Shown piece by piece: positions 12,675-23,188 of a DNA stretch of 64,000 bases. The translations under genes and the position numbers were made by a program. Each line of letters starts with the position of its first letter. Positions within the stretch are counted from its first letter, which is position 1. Origin of the DNA: Saccharolobus islandicus REY15A (GTDB taxonomy: Archaea > Thermoproteota > Thermoprotei_A > Sulfolobales > Sulfolobaceae). Where the stretch lies: the NCBI RefSeq assembly GCF_000189555.1, contig NC_017276.1; one strand, written 5' to 3'. The notes beneath the pieces were generated by a model. It did no database searches. It was not told the origin of the DNA and saw only the letters and a program-made list of their open reading frames with translations.

Positions 12675-12734
12675 AACTCAGTTACCCCAGAGCTTACCTC
12701 ATCTTTTCAGATTGGCATGACTTTCATCATTCAT
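12675..12734 (-). ncRNA. Box C/D methylation-guide sRNA overlapping the topA 3' end
   Basis: Minus strand reads ATGATGA-AAGTCATGCCAAT-CTGA-AAAG-ATGAGGT-AAGCTCTGGGGTAA-CTGA. Box C 12730-12724, D' 12710-12707, C' 12702-12696, D 12681-12678, with a short GAA/TTC terminal stem. Confidence 0.85.
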
Positions 12735-14735
12735 GTTAAGCATGTAAGTTACTATATCTTTTACGTATTTACCCGTTGATTTACTACTACTGATTCTCTT
12801 TAAAATCTTTTTATGATCGTATTTTGTCCTTTCCTCCCAAATTCTCACAGCATCTAAAAGCTTAGTTTTGGCTTCATAGTGATATTTACATAATCCATCC
12901 TTATACTGCTCCAGATCACAAAATTTACACTTTACAATTTTTATAAGGCCTAAAGCTTTAGCTAAGGACTCTCCTACTCTATCTTTATTTGCCTTATATT
13001 CCTCTATAAATTTATTTAATTTTTCTATATTTTCTTTAATAACCTCGCTTTCTAAAATTTTGCCAGTCTTTATCATTTCTAATTTATTTTCCATATCTGC
13101 AGTCATTCTAACATCAACTATATCCGGGAAAAATTTGTTTAATAGCTCAGCAATATAGAAACCTAATTTTGTCGGGACTATATAGCGCCCGTTACTAGTC
13201 AAATATCTCCTCTTCACTAGGATCTCAATTATTCTTCCTCTAGTAGCCTCTGTACCTAAGTCAGAAGATTCCATCCATTTAAGTAATGAAACCTTTGTAT
13301 ATCTAGAGGTGGGTTTACTTAAACTAATATTTACTTTTCCATCTGAAATTATACCCTCATCACCTTTTGAGAGAAGTATTGAATTATCTTCTCTTACATT
13401 ATGAAAGTGATATATATCTAGCCAATTTCTCTCTGGTATTTTTGTATATGAGACTGAGAACTCTAAGGGAAAATCAGCCACTTTCAAGGTGTAAATAGTG
13501 TTTGATAGTTTAGCATCGGCAGATACTGAAGCCAAAAATCTTCTTGCTATTAGGTCATATATCTTGAATTTGTTATTAGGTAAATTTTTAGGAGGTTCGC
13601 CAGTAGGGTGAATTGCGGGATGTGCGGGGTCGTCCTTAACGCCTTGCCTAACTATATATTTCCCTCCTGTAATTTTCCTCACTAAATTAACTAGCTTTCT
13701 ATACGAACTATTCTCCAAACCTTTGATTATATTGTAAATATTAATAGTTGAAGGTATTTTTTGACTATTAGTTCTTGGGTAACTTATTAGTCCGTCCAAA
13801 TAAAGATCTTCTGCTATACGTTCTACGTTATATGGAGATATACCATATATTCTGCCAGCTTCTACCTGGAGATCAGTGAGATTAAATGGAGGAGGTCTTT
13901 CTAATATTCTAATCTTATTTTCAACTTGCGTAACTTTTACGGTTTTATTTATTAATCTATTCAAAAATTCGTTTGCTTCAGTAAGTTTTTCGAATTCTTT
14001 ATTTATCTTAATATTCAGTGAATAATCTTTAATTTTTACAATAACTGAAACAGTGAATTTAGGTAATGGAATAAATAGGTTTCTTTCAATTTCCGAGTTG
14101 ACAACTTGGACGAGAGTTGGGCTTTGAACCCTGCCCGCACTTAATATCACTCTTTTCTTTGCGAAATCTTGTAAAGAAATCATAAGAGCTCTACTAACAT
14201 TAATTCCCCATAACCAGTCAATTTTATGCCTAGCTACTCCAGCGTTTATCATATCGTAATCTAATGTAGACACATTTCTAAATGCCGATAATATGTCACT
14301 TTTAGTCAGCGCTGAAAATTTCATTCGTTTAGCCTTCTTAGTATCACCCAGATATTTGATTATTAAATAGCCAATTACAGAACCTTCTATGTCGTAATCA
14401 CATGCATTGATAAAGCCTAAAGCGTACTTGCTAAGAGACGAGATAAGTTGATAGTACCTTTTTGTGTAGTAACTATTCTTATCAATCTCCCATAAAGGTT
14501 TCCAGTCGGCATCATATACAGGGAAACCACTCTTCCCTTGTAACCCAAAAAGATGTCCTGCCGCAGGGACAATAACATATTTATTGTTATTATCATGATC
14601 TTTTATTATCCAATAGTTAACGTTGTATTTTCTACATAAAATAGGTTTCTCTGAAAGAGCTTCAGCAATTTTTTTAGCTGCTTTTGACTTTTCTGCAATT
14701 ATAAGGTAATAGTTGTTTACATTACATAAATTCAT
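12699..14735 (-). CDS. topA: DNA topoisomerase I/III (type IA)
   Basis: TOPRIM motifs IIAEKSKAA and [18 protein letters not shown], catalytic Tyr in [15 protein letters not shown]. Confidence 0.96.
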   Translation of the reverse strand: MNLCNVNNYYLIIAEKSKAAKKIAEALSEKPILCRKYNVNYWIIKDHDNNNKYVIVPAAGHLFGLQGKSGFPVYDADWKPLWEIDKNSYYTKRYYQLISSLSKYALGFINACDYDIEGSVIGYLIIKYLGDTKKAKRMKFSALTKSDILSAFRNVSTLDYDMINAGVARHKIDWLWGINVSRALMISLQDFAKKRVILSAGRVQSPTLVQVVNSEIERNLFIPLPKFTVSVIVKIKDYSLNIKINKEFEKLTEANEFLNRLINKTVKVTQVENKIRILERPPPFNLTDLQVEAGRIYGISPYNVERIAEDLYLDGLISYPRTNSQKIPSTINIYNIIKGLENSSYRKLVNLVRKITGGKYIVRQGVKDDPAHPAIHPTGEPPKNLPNNKFKIYDLIARRFLASVSADAKLSNTIYTLKVADFPLEFSVSYTKIPERNWLDIYHFHNVREDNSILLSKGDEGIISDGKVNISLSKPTSRYTKVSLLKWMESSDLGTEATRGRIIEILVKRRYLTSNGRYIVPTKLGFYIAELLNKFFPDIVDVRMTADMENKLEMIKTGKILESEVIKENIEKLNKFIEEYKANKDRVGESLAKALGLIKIVKCKFCDLEQYKDGLCKYHYEAKTKLLDAVRIWEERTKYDHKKILKRISSSKSTGKYVKDIVTYMLNMNDESHANLKR

Positions 14736-14740
14736 CTTAT

Positions 14741-15028
14741 TTAACTCTTTCTAAGAGATAATAAAATTATTTTTCCATTTGGTAATCTTCTCCTAATAGT
14801 TATTGGAAGAACTCCTCTCTTAAACTCCTCCTCAGCTATACTAATAACATCAGTCAAACTTATGTTATTTATATCAATTAAGGCTGGTGCACCCATGGCT
14901 AGTTGTAATGCTCTAGCACTTATTACTCTGGCAATCTCGTATCTAGTTAGTTTATTCTGCCATAGAGAAACAAAAACTTCATTAAAATGTAAATCCTGGG
15001 ACAAAATTCCATCCCTCTCTAATCCCAT
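14741..15028 (-). CDS. rpo6: DNA-directed RNA polymerase subunit Rpo6 (K)
   Basis: [22 protein letters not shown] and [16 protein letters not shown]. Confidence 0.96.
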   Translation of the reverse strand: MGLERDGILSQDLHFNEVFVSLWQNKLTRYEIARVISARALQLAMGAPALIDINNISLTDVISIAEEEFKRGVLPITIRRRLPNGKIILLSLRKS

Positions 15029-16140
15029 AAAACTTCAACTTTTAACTCTTCCGGCAACTCACATTCTTTTGGAATTTCAAACTCAACATTCTTTTTAATT
15101 ATTTCACTCATACTATTAACTAATCTTCTAATTGCTCTATCATCAACTACACCTAAAATCCCTATTCTTACTATTTTATCCCTTAATTCACCCATACCCT
15201 TAGTAATCTCAATATTTCTCTTCTTTAGCTCTGACATAAATGTATCTAAAGGAATAGGAGGAAACGCTGCAACTACCGTGTTGGAGAAATTAGCATCATT
15301 ACCTAACAATTTAAATCCCATCGTCGACATTACTCGCCTTAAATACCTTGCACAAGCTTCATGCCTCTTCCATCTATTTTCTATTCCTTCTTTATCCAGT
15401 AATTCAGCAGCCCTTCTAGAAGCAAAAAATGCTCCTACCGTAGGAGTAAATGGTGTCTCTCCTTTATCTTGAAACTTTAAATGAAGTGATAAATCTAGAT
15501 AACTAGGTAAATCGGATTCTACCAATTCATTCATGCCCTCATCAGACAACGCAGCGAATCCTACCCCAGGTATGCTTGCTAAAGCTTTCTGGCTGCCAGT
15601 TACTGCACAATCAATTTTCCACTGATTAACATATAGCGGATAGGCAGCAAACCCTGATACTGAATCAATAAGAAGCTTTAATCCTGCACTTTTTACAACA
15701 TCAGCTATCTTTTGAAGGTCTCTAAATGCTATACCCGTGCTAGTCTCATTATGAACTAACGCTACTGTAGTAGCGTCTTTATTTTCCTCAATAGCCTTTT
15801 TTATTTCCTCAAGTGTAAAGGTTTCCCCTATTTTTTTCTCGTAACTAATTACCTTTGCTCCACGTCTAACTAAAGATTCTTTTAATCTGTGTCCGAACTC
15901 GCCATAAGGGAATGTTAATACTTTCTCCTCTCTTTTTACCATTGAATAGACCATAGATTCTACAGCTAAGGTACCGGAGCCACTTAATAGTGCAACACGA
16001 GTAGATCCAAAATGTTTATTCATCAGAAACTCTAATGTTTTCACAGTTTCTCTAAATTTCTCTGATCTATGATTCACTAAATGAAGAGAAGCTTGTAGAA
16101 CACTATAAGGAACATTGACTGGACCGGGAATTAGCATCAT
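15019..16140 (-). CDS. Class V PLP aminotransferase (serine-pyruvate/phosphoserine aminotransferase, SerC role likely)
   Basis: [16 protein letters not shown] lysine motif TGSQKAL; directly downstream of serA. Confidence 0.8.
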   Translation of the reverse strand: MMLIPGPVNVPYSVLQASLHLVNHRSEKFRETVKTLEFLMNKHFGSTRVALLSGSGTLAVESMVYSMVKREEKVLTFPYGEFGHRLKESLVRRGAKVISYEKKIGETFTLEEIKKAIEENKDATTVALVHNETSTGIAFRDLQKIADVVKSAGLKLLIDSVSGFAAYPLYVNQWKIDCAVTGSQKALASIPGVGFAALSDEGMNELVESDLPSYLDLSLHLKFQDKGETPFTPTVGAFFASRRAAELLDKEGIENRWKRHEACARYLRRVMSTMGFKLLGNDANFSNTVVAAFPPIPLDTFMSELKKRNIEITKGMGELRDKIVRIGILGVVDDRAIRRLVNSMSEIIKKNVEFEIPKECELPEELKVEVLWD

Positions 16141-17108
16141 TTGAGAACACCGATTTCTTTTAAAGAAGTGATGAGATTATCTGTTGTGACTACTGCTACT
16201 CTATACTGTGCTTCTTTAGTTTGAGCACCAATGTGAGTAGTTACTATCACTCTCTCATGTCTCAATAATTTAATCTCCCAATCTTCTTTAGGAGGTTCGT
16301 TCCACAAAACGTCTGTAGCATAAGTTAGTTGCTTTTTATCAATATATTCTAGTAATGCCTTACCATCTATTACTACGGCTCTACTGGTGTTGATTATGAT
16401 TGTATTATCTTTGACGTAATTAAATGTATCTTTGTTAAGGATTGGTTTAGCGTCTTTACCTACTGTAACGTGAAAGGTTATTACGTCTGAGTTCTTTAAC
16501 AATTCGTCTAAACTTTCAGCTACCTTGACTCCAAGCATATTCGCCTTTTCTTTTATATCGATAACATCATACGCAATTACGTTCATATCTAATGCCTTAC
16601 ATACCTTAGCTACTTTGGTACCAATTCGACCGAATCCTATAACACCTATAGTCTTACCTGCTAACTCAATTCCCTCTATTTTCTTGAATATGCCACCCTT
16701 TGCCATATTCATGGAATCATATAGTTTTCTAGCTGCTGTAAGAAGTAATCCTATAGTTAGTTCTGCTGCAGAATCTGTAGAAGCCCCTGCTGCATATACT
16801 ATTTTTATATTTCTCTTGGATGCCTCTTCTGTATCTATATTGTCTAGCCCTATCCCGGCTCTGGCTATAATCTTAAGATTAGTCCCATAACGGATTATCT
16901 CCTTATCTACCTTAGTTCTGCTTCTTACTACTAAAACCTGATACTGGTCTATTATCTTTAGTAATTCCTCTCTTGAAATTTCAGGTTTATAGTCAACTAT
17001 TAATCCATTGTTTTGTAAAGTTTTTATCATGTATTGATCTACTGGATCAGTTATTAATACTTTGAAATCTAATTTGTTTATAGAGTTTATACCCTGTATA
17101 GTTTCCAT
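16137..17108 (-). CDS. serA: D-3-phosphoglycerate dehydrogenase
   Basis: [22 protein letters not shown]-binding [16 protein letters not shown]. The ATG at 17108 follows SD AGGTGGT (17119-17113); the ORF track starts at an upstream GTG (17117). Confidence 0.88.
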   Translation of the reverse strand: METIQGINSINKLDFKVLITDPVDQYMIKTLQNNGLIVDYKPEISREELLKIIDQYQVLVVRSRTKVDKEIIRYGTNLKIIARAGIGLDNIDTEEASKRNIKIVYAAGASTDSAAELTIGLLLTAARKLYDSMNMAKGGIFKKIEGIELAGKTIGVIGFGRIGTKVAKVCKALDMNVIAYDVIDIKEKANMLGVKVAESLDELLKNSDVITFHVTVGKDAKPILNKDTFNYVKDNTIIINTSRAVVIDGKALLEYIDKKQLTYATDVLWNEPPKEDWEIKLLRHERVIVTTHIGAQTKEAQYRVAVVTTDNLITSLKEIGVLK

Positions 17109-17144
17109 ACATACCACCTGAAACTTTCAAGAATATGATTTAGT

Positions 17145-17264
17145 TTAACATGATGATGAGAATGAGCTTGAGAAAAATGAGGAGAATAAAATAATAATAA
17201 GATCTAATTTTCTTAAAAGTTGAGTAAATTCGAACTCCCTTTTCAGCATACTAGGGTTTTGCAT
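17145..17264 (-). CDS. Putative Ser-rich leader peptide (uORF) of the serA-serC operon, MQNPSMLKREFEFTQLLRKLDLIIILFSSFFSSSFSSSC
   Basis: Translated by hand: ATG 17264 to TAA 17145, 39 aa, with 8 Ser in codons 28-38. It lies between a TATA box (17301-17294) and serA. Confidence 0.5.
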   Translation of the reverse strand: MQNPSMLKREFEFTQLLRKLDLIIILFSSFFSSSFSSSC

Positions 17265-17293
17265 TATGATTCATATCAAACTACAACTACTGG

Positions 17294-17309
17294 TTTATAT
17301 TTTTTATTG
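17294..17309 (-). promoter_or_regulatory. BRE/TATA of the ser leader-serA transcript
   Basis: Minus strand CAATAAAAAATATAAAC: an A-rich BRE plus a TATA-like box about 30 nt before the uORF ATG. Confidence 0.55.
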
Positions 17310-17933
17310 CTACTTAACTATAGTATTAGTCTCCTTATACCATATAAACAAATCCAATATACCTACACTTATATTTAAATTTAAAGCGATGCTTTTCAAA
17401 ACACTCTCCAAAGATATATAGCGACTTTTTGATAAATGTTTAACGTTAGTTTCTCCTATCGCACCTATTCTCCTCATAAAATCTATAAGATGTCTGTCTA
17501 TAATTGCCAGATCGAAATAACCAACATTCCTAAGAAAGTGACTAGCTTCTTTCATCCCTATTCCTTTTATGTTTAATAACTTCTCCCTAGCCAATTGTTG
17601 ATCACTATCAGCTAAAGGCGTTATCTCCTCTTTTAACTTTCCATATACCTTCTCCCTAGCCATAATAATATATTTTGCCTTTAAATTATAAAATCTATAT
17701 TTACATGATTTAAGAATACTTCTGATTACTTCTTCATTAGCGTAGTAGATTTTGTCTCCCAAACAGTTTAGGGCCTGATAAGCCGAAATGAAAGATGAGT
17801 TAGCAGTTAGCAAACATAATGTGAGTTCCCTAAACCACACTTCCTCATTTGATAAATTATTTAACCTAAATTCGTCAACTCTTTCCAGAACTCTTGCTCT
17901 TACTCTTGGATTTTGAACTAGACTTCTTAGCAC
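17310..17933 (-). CDS. ogg: 8-oxoguanine DNA glycosylase/AP lyase (Ogg2 type)
   Basis: [12 protein letters not shown], HhH motif [24 protein letters not shown]; GTG start with SD GAGGAG at 17947-17942. Confidence 0.95.
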
Positions 17934-18396
17934 GCTTTTTACTCCTCTTTTTCTTCTTTTTAGCCCTCTTTACACTATCTTTCTTTTCAGGAATAGGTGG
18001 ATTAATATCTGACATTGATATTATTTTAGTACCATCATGAGTAAAGAATACTATAAATGGTAAATCTCTTTTAACCAAAACTCCACCAATAACATCGCTC
18101 ATATTTACATCAATTCTTGTAATCTGAACTTGATCTCCATTTGCAAATTGAGGAACACCTATGGAAATAACATTTAATGGGCGAGAGAATTGAAAGTCTA
18201 AATTAAATCTGCCATTGATATATTTCTCATTACTTCCCTCAATTATTACAACATCATTAGCCTCATCCGGCATTATTGATTCCAAATCACGAATTCCATC
18301 TATGATTTCAGCTTCTTTGGTTCTGCGTAAAGTATAAAGCAAAACAACATCGTTAATTTTTAAAGGTTCTAGCTTATAATACGATGCTAAGTTCAT
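17875..18396 (-). CDS. Hypothetical protein with a Lys/Ser-rich basic C-terminal tail
   Basis: 173 aa; ends [31 protein letters not shown] and overlaps the ogg start by 59 nt. Confidence 0.75.
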
Positions 18397-18505
18397 CTAA
18401 TAAATACACCTCTTCTTAGACTATAAAGTCTTTTAAAGTAGACAAAGGTATAACGTCGAGAATAAAAATTTAAGTTAATTTGCATGAAGTGGTAGTGGGT
18501 ATAAG

Positions 18506-18724
18506 ATGAGTATTAAAAACAGAGGCTCAAATGCATATGGGCATCTAGGATGGTTAACAGTATATTGTAGGATATGTAATAGGAAACTAGTAATAGGGAC
18601 AGATATTATCTACAAATGCCCTAAGTGTGAAAAGAAATATTCAGCATACTTCTGCGAAGCAGATAAGAGAGGATTAAAGGGGAAGTGCCCATATTGTGGG
18701 ACTGAGTTGGTACCGATTTTATGA
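18506..18724 (+). CDS. Small zinc-ribbon protein
   Basis: CRIC, CPKC, C-x10-CPYC in 72 aa. Confidence 0.75.
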   Translation: MSIKNRGSNAYGHLGWLTVYCRICNRKLVIGTDIIYKCPKCEKKYSAYFCEADKRGLKGKCPYCGTELVPIL

Positions 18725-19035
18725 CAGTAACACACTATAATATATATGGTCTAAATTTTTCTGTAATCTATGAGAATGAAATAGTAGTAGTATATATGGA
18801 TGTAAATAAAGAAATAAAGAGAAGAAAATATGCAGAAGATGAAGAAAGATTAGTATATATGGATGTAAATAAAGAAATAAAGAATGGAATATTGAGAAAG
18901 CTAATAATATGCAAAACTAAAATCTCATCTTACATTTGTAATGCAGTAGTAGAGGTTAATAATAAGAATATAAATGAGGAGTTACTCCTAAATCTCTATA
19001 ACGAAGTAGTAGAGGTTTCCGAAATTGTTATATAA
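18721..19035 (+). CDS. Hypothetical protein with an internal VYMDVNKEIK duplication
   Basis: ORF coupled to the upstream gene by a 4-nt overlap; repeated decapeptide. Confidence 0.65.
   Translation: MTVTHYNIYGLNFSVIYENEIVVVYMDVNKEIKRRKYAEDEERLVYMDVNKEIKNGILRKLIICKTKISSYICNAVVEVNNKNINEELLLNLYNEVVEVSEIVI
18788..18883 (+). repeat. Exact 33-bp direct repeat TAGTATATATGGATGTAAATAAAGAAATAAAGA
   Basis: Copies at 18788-18820 and 18851-18883; period 63 nt (21 codons), so in frame. Confidence 0.95.
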
Positions 19036-19310
19036 AAACCTTGTGATCTTAACCTATTATTAACTTCTTTCATGATCTCAGCAACATACGTCGCATTATT
19101 TGACATTATTTTAAGTGACGCATTCATATCTTTTGAAAGCTGAGAACTAAAATAGATCAAGAGGAGGGTATCCTGATTCGGAGCACAAATATACGATGCT
19201 CCTATTTTTACCGGTTCACATAGATCTTTAAATACATCATTAATGGATTGTGACAAGTACTTTATTCTAAAAGGATCTTCGGCTAAAATCTTGAATCTCA
19301 CTTCAAACAT
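18996..19310 (-). CDS. Hypothetical protein
   Basis: 104 aa ORF in a same-strand run, 4 nt from the upstream gene. Confidence 0.65.
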   Translation of the reverse strand: MFEVRFKILAEDPFRIKYLSQSINDVFKDLCEPVKIGASYICAPNQDTLLLIYFSSQLSKDMNASLKIMSNNATYVAEIMKEVNNRLRSQGFYITISETSTTSL

Positions 19311-19314
19311 TTTC

Positions 19315-19704
19315 TCACTTCTTCTTGTTAATATTTATTTTCTTGACCGGAATTTTAAGTTGCTCGGAAATTCTTTTTACAATTGTTACGTATTTATCAT
19401 CACCATCTATTAGCTTTAACTTTAACTTCCTATACTTCATTACTAATACGATTTTCCCATCATTAATTACAATTATCCTACCTATTACACGCCCGTATAG
19501 ATTCCTTAGAAGGAAAAGATAAACGTATGTGCCTTTATTTGGAATATTTACAATCTTTGCTTCACCTACCTTATATGTAGGTCTTACTACTTTTCCAGGC
19601 AATTCTATCTGCTGTATTACACCATTTACGTCTACTTTAAATAGGAAGGTTCTTAATACATGCTTATTTTTCCTGCTCCTCGAATTTTCTAACAATACTT
19701 CCAT
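19315..19704 (-). CDS. Hypothetical basic protein
   Basis: 129 aa, K/R-rich, overlapping the oxidoreductase end. Confidence 0.65.
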   Translation of the reverse strand: MEVLLENSRSRKNKHVLRTFLFKVDVNGVIQQIELPGKVVRPTYKVGEAKIVNIPNKGTYVYLFLLRNLYGRVIGRIIVINDGKIVLVMKYRKLKLKLIDGDDKYVTIVKRISEQLKIPVKKININKKK

Positions 19705-20659
19705 TCCCTCTCACACTCTTTAAGGATTCGATTATTCCATTCAAATCTATCTTATCTTCTAAATATGTATCTATGAGAACATCGTTCTTAAAGAATATTC
19801 TCATAAAATTCTTTCTTAAACTTAAACTAGAATATCTATATAGATCTAGTAGCATTTTCTGAATTTTAATTCTTTTCTCTATAATACTGAGCTTATCGTT
19901 AAGAAACTCATCCAGATCTTTTTCTTTATATATAGCCTCAAAAGCGTACTCAGCTGAAATAGCTGATGGCCTTATCCCTTCACCGCTTAGTGGGAAGACA
20001 AGCCCTCTTGCCTCACCTATCCTTAACTTCTTATTTTTAACACTCCCAATACTAATAGGAGCTCCTCTAACATCCTTAATTTCGAAATTCTTAAATTTCT
20101 TCCTCAAATAATAATAAAGTAATTCCTTTGAATTCTTATATTCCAAAAAACCAGCTCCGATATTATATTCATTTTCCCCGCTAGGAAATATCCAATAAAA
20201 ACCTGTATAATGAGTGTCGAATTCCAATATGGCCTCATCGTCAAACTCCTCAGTCTCTATTATGGCTCTAGTAGTATAAACTACCTCTCTATCCATTGGA
20301 TAAGGCCCTCTACTATCTATTACGTAATCAAAGTCTTTAATATTAAGATCATGAGTCACTATTATTTTTGAACTCTTTCGCATATCATTTATCCATTTCC
20401 ACTTATCTATAACCAGCCACTTAGTATGCCTATATTCAACATCGTAAATTTTTTCCCCATCTATATAGAAGGAGAACCTCTTTATACCAAACGTTTCATT
20501 CCAATTAAAGGGGGGTGTATAAACGTTTGGGACTATATCTCCACATGGTTTAACGTAGTATTGGTTAATATCAAAGATTGTAACTTCATTACTAATTCTT
20601 GAAAGTAAGTATGCCAAAGTAGAACCTGCTACTCCTCCTCCCAGAATTGCGATTCTCAT
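19664..20659 (-). CDS. FAD-dependent oxidoreductase, geranylgeranyl-reductase-like
   Basis: [25 protein letters not shown] and [19 protein letters not shown] (GGR-type GDAAG...P..GEGI). Confidence 0.8.
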   Translation of the reverse strand: MRIAILGGGVAGSTLAYLLSRISNEVTIFDINQYYVKPCGDIVPNVYTPPFNWNETFGIKRFSFYIDGEKIYDVEYRHTKWLVIDKWKWINDMRKSSKIIVTHDLNIKDFDYVIDSRGPYPMDREVVYTTRAIIETEEFDDEAILEFDTHYTGFYWIFPSGENEYNIGAGFLEYKNSKELLYYYLRKKFKNFEIKDVRGAPISIGSVKNKKLRIGEARGLVFPLSGEGIRPSAISAEYAFEAIYKEKDLDEFLNDKLSIIEKRIKIQKMLLDLYRYSSLSLRKNFMRIFFKNDVLIDTYLEDKIDLNGIIESLKSVRGNGSIVRKFEEQEK

Positions 20660-20724
20660 TACGAAATTTTATAAGCTATTCGAATTTATATTTATATAAA
20701 ATCGTCTGTATAGGTGGTCAGTTA

Positions 20725-23175
20725 TTGTTGAACCAAGATGAGATTTTAAAGAAGATGGAAGAATGGCCAAAACATTATAATCCTAAGGAAATCGAGGAAA
20801 AATGGCAAAAGATATGGTTAAGTGAAGAATATTGGAGGGACGTATTTAGATTCAGAGATGAGGACGATAAATCACCGAGATTTGTTATTGATACTCCTCC
20901 TCCTTTTACCAGTGGAGAACTTCATATGGGACATGCATATTGGGTTACAATAGCTGATACTATGGGTAGGTTTAAGAGATTAGAAGGATATAATGTATTA
21001 TTACCTCAGGGATGGGATACACAAGGTTTACCAACTGAACTAAAAGTACAATACAGGTTAGGAATTCCAAAAGATAATAGGCAACTATTTCTCCAAAAAT
21101 GTATAGAATGGACAGAGGATATGATTAAGAAAATGAAAGAAGCAATGATTAGACTAGGATATAGACCAGAATGGGAAAGGTTTGAATATAAGACCTATGA
21201 ACCAAAATACAGAAAGATTATTCAAAAAAGTCTCATTGACATGTATAAAACGAATTTAATAGAAATGAGAGAAGGACCAGTAATTTGGTGCCCTAAATGT
21301 GAGACTGCTTTAGCACAAAGTGAAGTAGGTTACTTAGAGAAAGATGGAATTCTTGCTTATATAAAGTTCCCATTAAAGGAAGGAGGAGAAATAATTATAG
21401 CTACAACTAGGCCAGAACTACTAGCTGCAACTCAAGCTGTGGCAGTAAATCCAAATGATGAGAGATATAAGAGTTTCGTAGGAAAAATTGCAATAGTACC
21501 AGTGTTTAATATTGAGGTAAAAATAATATCTGACTCAGACGTGGAGAAGGAATTCGGAACTGGAGCAGTAATGATAAGTACCTATGGTGATCCCCAAGAT
21601 ATAAAGTGGCAATTGAAATACAACTTACCGACAAGGGTTATAGTGGACGAAAAAGGAAGGATGATAAATACAAATGGTATACTTGATGGGTTGAAAATTG
21701 AACAAGCAAGAAATAAAATGATTGAAATCCTAAAGACTAAAGGGTATCTCGTAAAAGTAGAGAAAATAAAACATAATGTACTGTCGCATGTTGAGAGAAG
21801 TGATTGTCTGTCTCCAGTAGAATTCTTAGTTAAAAAGCAAATATACATTAAAGTTCTAGATAAGAAACAAAAATTGCTAGAAGAATACAAAAAGATGAAA
21901 TTTAAGCCAGCTAGAATGTCCTATTATCTTGAGGATTGGATAAAGAGTATAGAGTGGGATTGGAATATAACTAGGCAAAGAATTTATGGTACTCCATTGC
22001 CATTCTGGTACTGCGAAAATGGGCATTTAACACCCGCTAGAGAAAAAGATTTACCAATAGATCCTATCAAAACTAACCCACCATCAGAGAAATGTCAATT
22101 GTGTGGATTACATCTTAAACCAGTTACCGATGTCGCAGACGTGTGGATTGATTCTAGCGTAACAGTTCTTTTCCTAACCAAGTTCTATGAAGATAAAAAC
22201 GTTTTCAACAAAACTTTTCCAGCATCACTAAGACTTCAAGGTACTGATATAATTAGGACTTGGCTATTCTATACCTTCTTTAGAACTTTAATGTTAGCTA
22301 ATAATATACCTTTTACCACAGTCCTTATTCATGGTCAAGTCCTTGGTCCAGATGGAACTAGAATGAGTAAAAGCAAGGGAAATGTAGTATCGCCATTGGA
22401 TAGAGTTGATGAATTTGGAGCAGATGCGATTAGAATGGCACTTCTTGATGCAAGCATCGGCGATGATTTTCCATTTAAATGGGATATAGTGAAGGGAAAA
22501 AGAATGTTATTGCAGAAATTATGGAATGCGAGTAGATTAGTGTACCCCTTCATAGCGAATCAAAGACTTGATAAACCTGAAAGCCTACATATAGTAGATA
22601 AATGGATTTTACAAGAACATAAGAAATTTGTAATAAAGGCAATAAACGCATATAAGAACTACGACTTTTACTTGGTACTTCAAGAACTCTATAGCTATTT
22701 CTGGGAGATCATAGCTGATGAATATTTAGAAATGATAAAACATAGATTATTCGAAGACGATAAGTCTGCAAAATATACTATACAAAGGATAATAAGAGAT
22801 ATAATTGTATTACTACATCCTATTGCACCCCATATAACAGAGGAAATCTATTCTAGGTTATTTGGTTATAAGAAGAGTATTCTCCTAGAAGAATTGCCTA
22901 AAGTGGATGATATCGAAGAGGATAAAAGAGTAGGAGAACTTGGGGAAGTAATAAAGAAAACAAACTCTCTAATAAGATCAGAGAAGATTAAGAATAGATT
23001 ATCAATGAATGCCCAAGTTAGCGTAAAATTATATGCAAATAGACAATTTATTGAGTTAATTAATGAGGTAAAAGAGGACATAATGAAGACGCTAAAGATA
23101 ACTAAACTTGAACTAGTAGAATCAACTGAAGAAAAAGTGGAAATTAAACTTGCTAATCAGACCATGGGAGTTTAG
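20725..23175 (+). CDS. valS: Valine--tRNA ligase
   Basis: [15 protein letters not shown] (HIGH), [18 protein letters not shown] (KMSKS). A TTG start at 20725 or 20728 after SD AGGTGG is preferred to 20647, which overlaps the divergent gene. Confidence 0.95.
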   Translation: MLNQDEILKKMEEWPKHYNPKEIEEKWQKIWLSEEYWRDVFRFRDEDDKSPRFVIDTPPPFTSGELHMGHAYWVTIADTMGRFKRLEGYNVLLPQGWDTQGLPTELKVQYRLGIPKDNRQLFLQKCIEWTEDMIKKMKEAMIRLGYRPEWERFEYKTYEPKYRKIIQKSLIDMYKTNLIEMREGPVIWCPKCETALAQSEVGYLEKDGILAYIKFPLKEGGEIIIATTRPELLAATQAVAVNPNDERYKSFVGKIAIVPVFNIEVKIISDSDVEKEFGTGAVMISTYGDPQDIKWQLKYNLPTRVIVDEKGRMINTNGILDGLKIEQARNKMIEILKTKGYLVKVEKIKHNVLSHVERSDCLSPVEFLVKKQIYIKVLDKKQKLLEEYKKMKFKPARMSYYLEDWIKSIEWDWNITRQRIYGTPLPFWYCENGHLTPAREKDLPIDPIKTNPPSEKCQLCGLHLKPVTDVADVWIDSSVTVLFLTKFYEDKNVFNKTFPASLRLQGTDIIRTWLFYTFFRTLMLANNIPFTTVLIHGQVLGPDGTRMSKSKGNVVSPLDRVDEFGADAIRMALLDASIGDDFPFKWDIVKGKRMLLQKLWNASRLVYPFIANQRLDKPESLHIVDKWILQEHKKFVIKAINAYKNYDFYLVLQELYSYFWEIIADEYLEMIKHRLFEDDKSAKYTIQRIIRDIIVLLHPIAPHITEEIYSRLFGYKKSILLEELPKVDDIEEDKRVGELGEVIKKTNSLIRSEKIKNRLSMNAQVSVKLYANRQFIELINEVKEDIMKTLKITKLELVESTEEKVEIKLANQTMGV

Positions 23176-23188
23176 CTCATCAATCTTA

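Noticed and set aside
17150-17200. Plus-strand ATGATGA...TTGA...ATGAGGA as a C/D sRNA, or the mini-ORF MMMRMSLRKMRRIK
   Set aside because: There is no terminal CTGA box D and the guides are low complexity. It is simply the reverse complement of the TCA-rich Ser codons.
20647-20724. N-terminal extension of ValS
   Set aside because: It overlaps the divergent oxidoreductase start. An SD precedes TTG 20725/20728.
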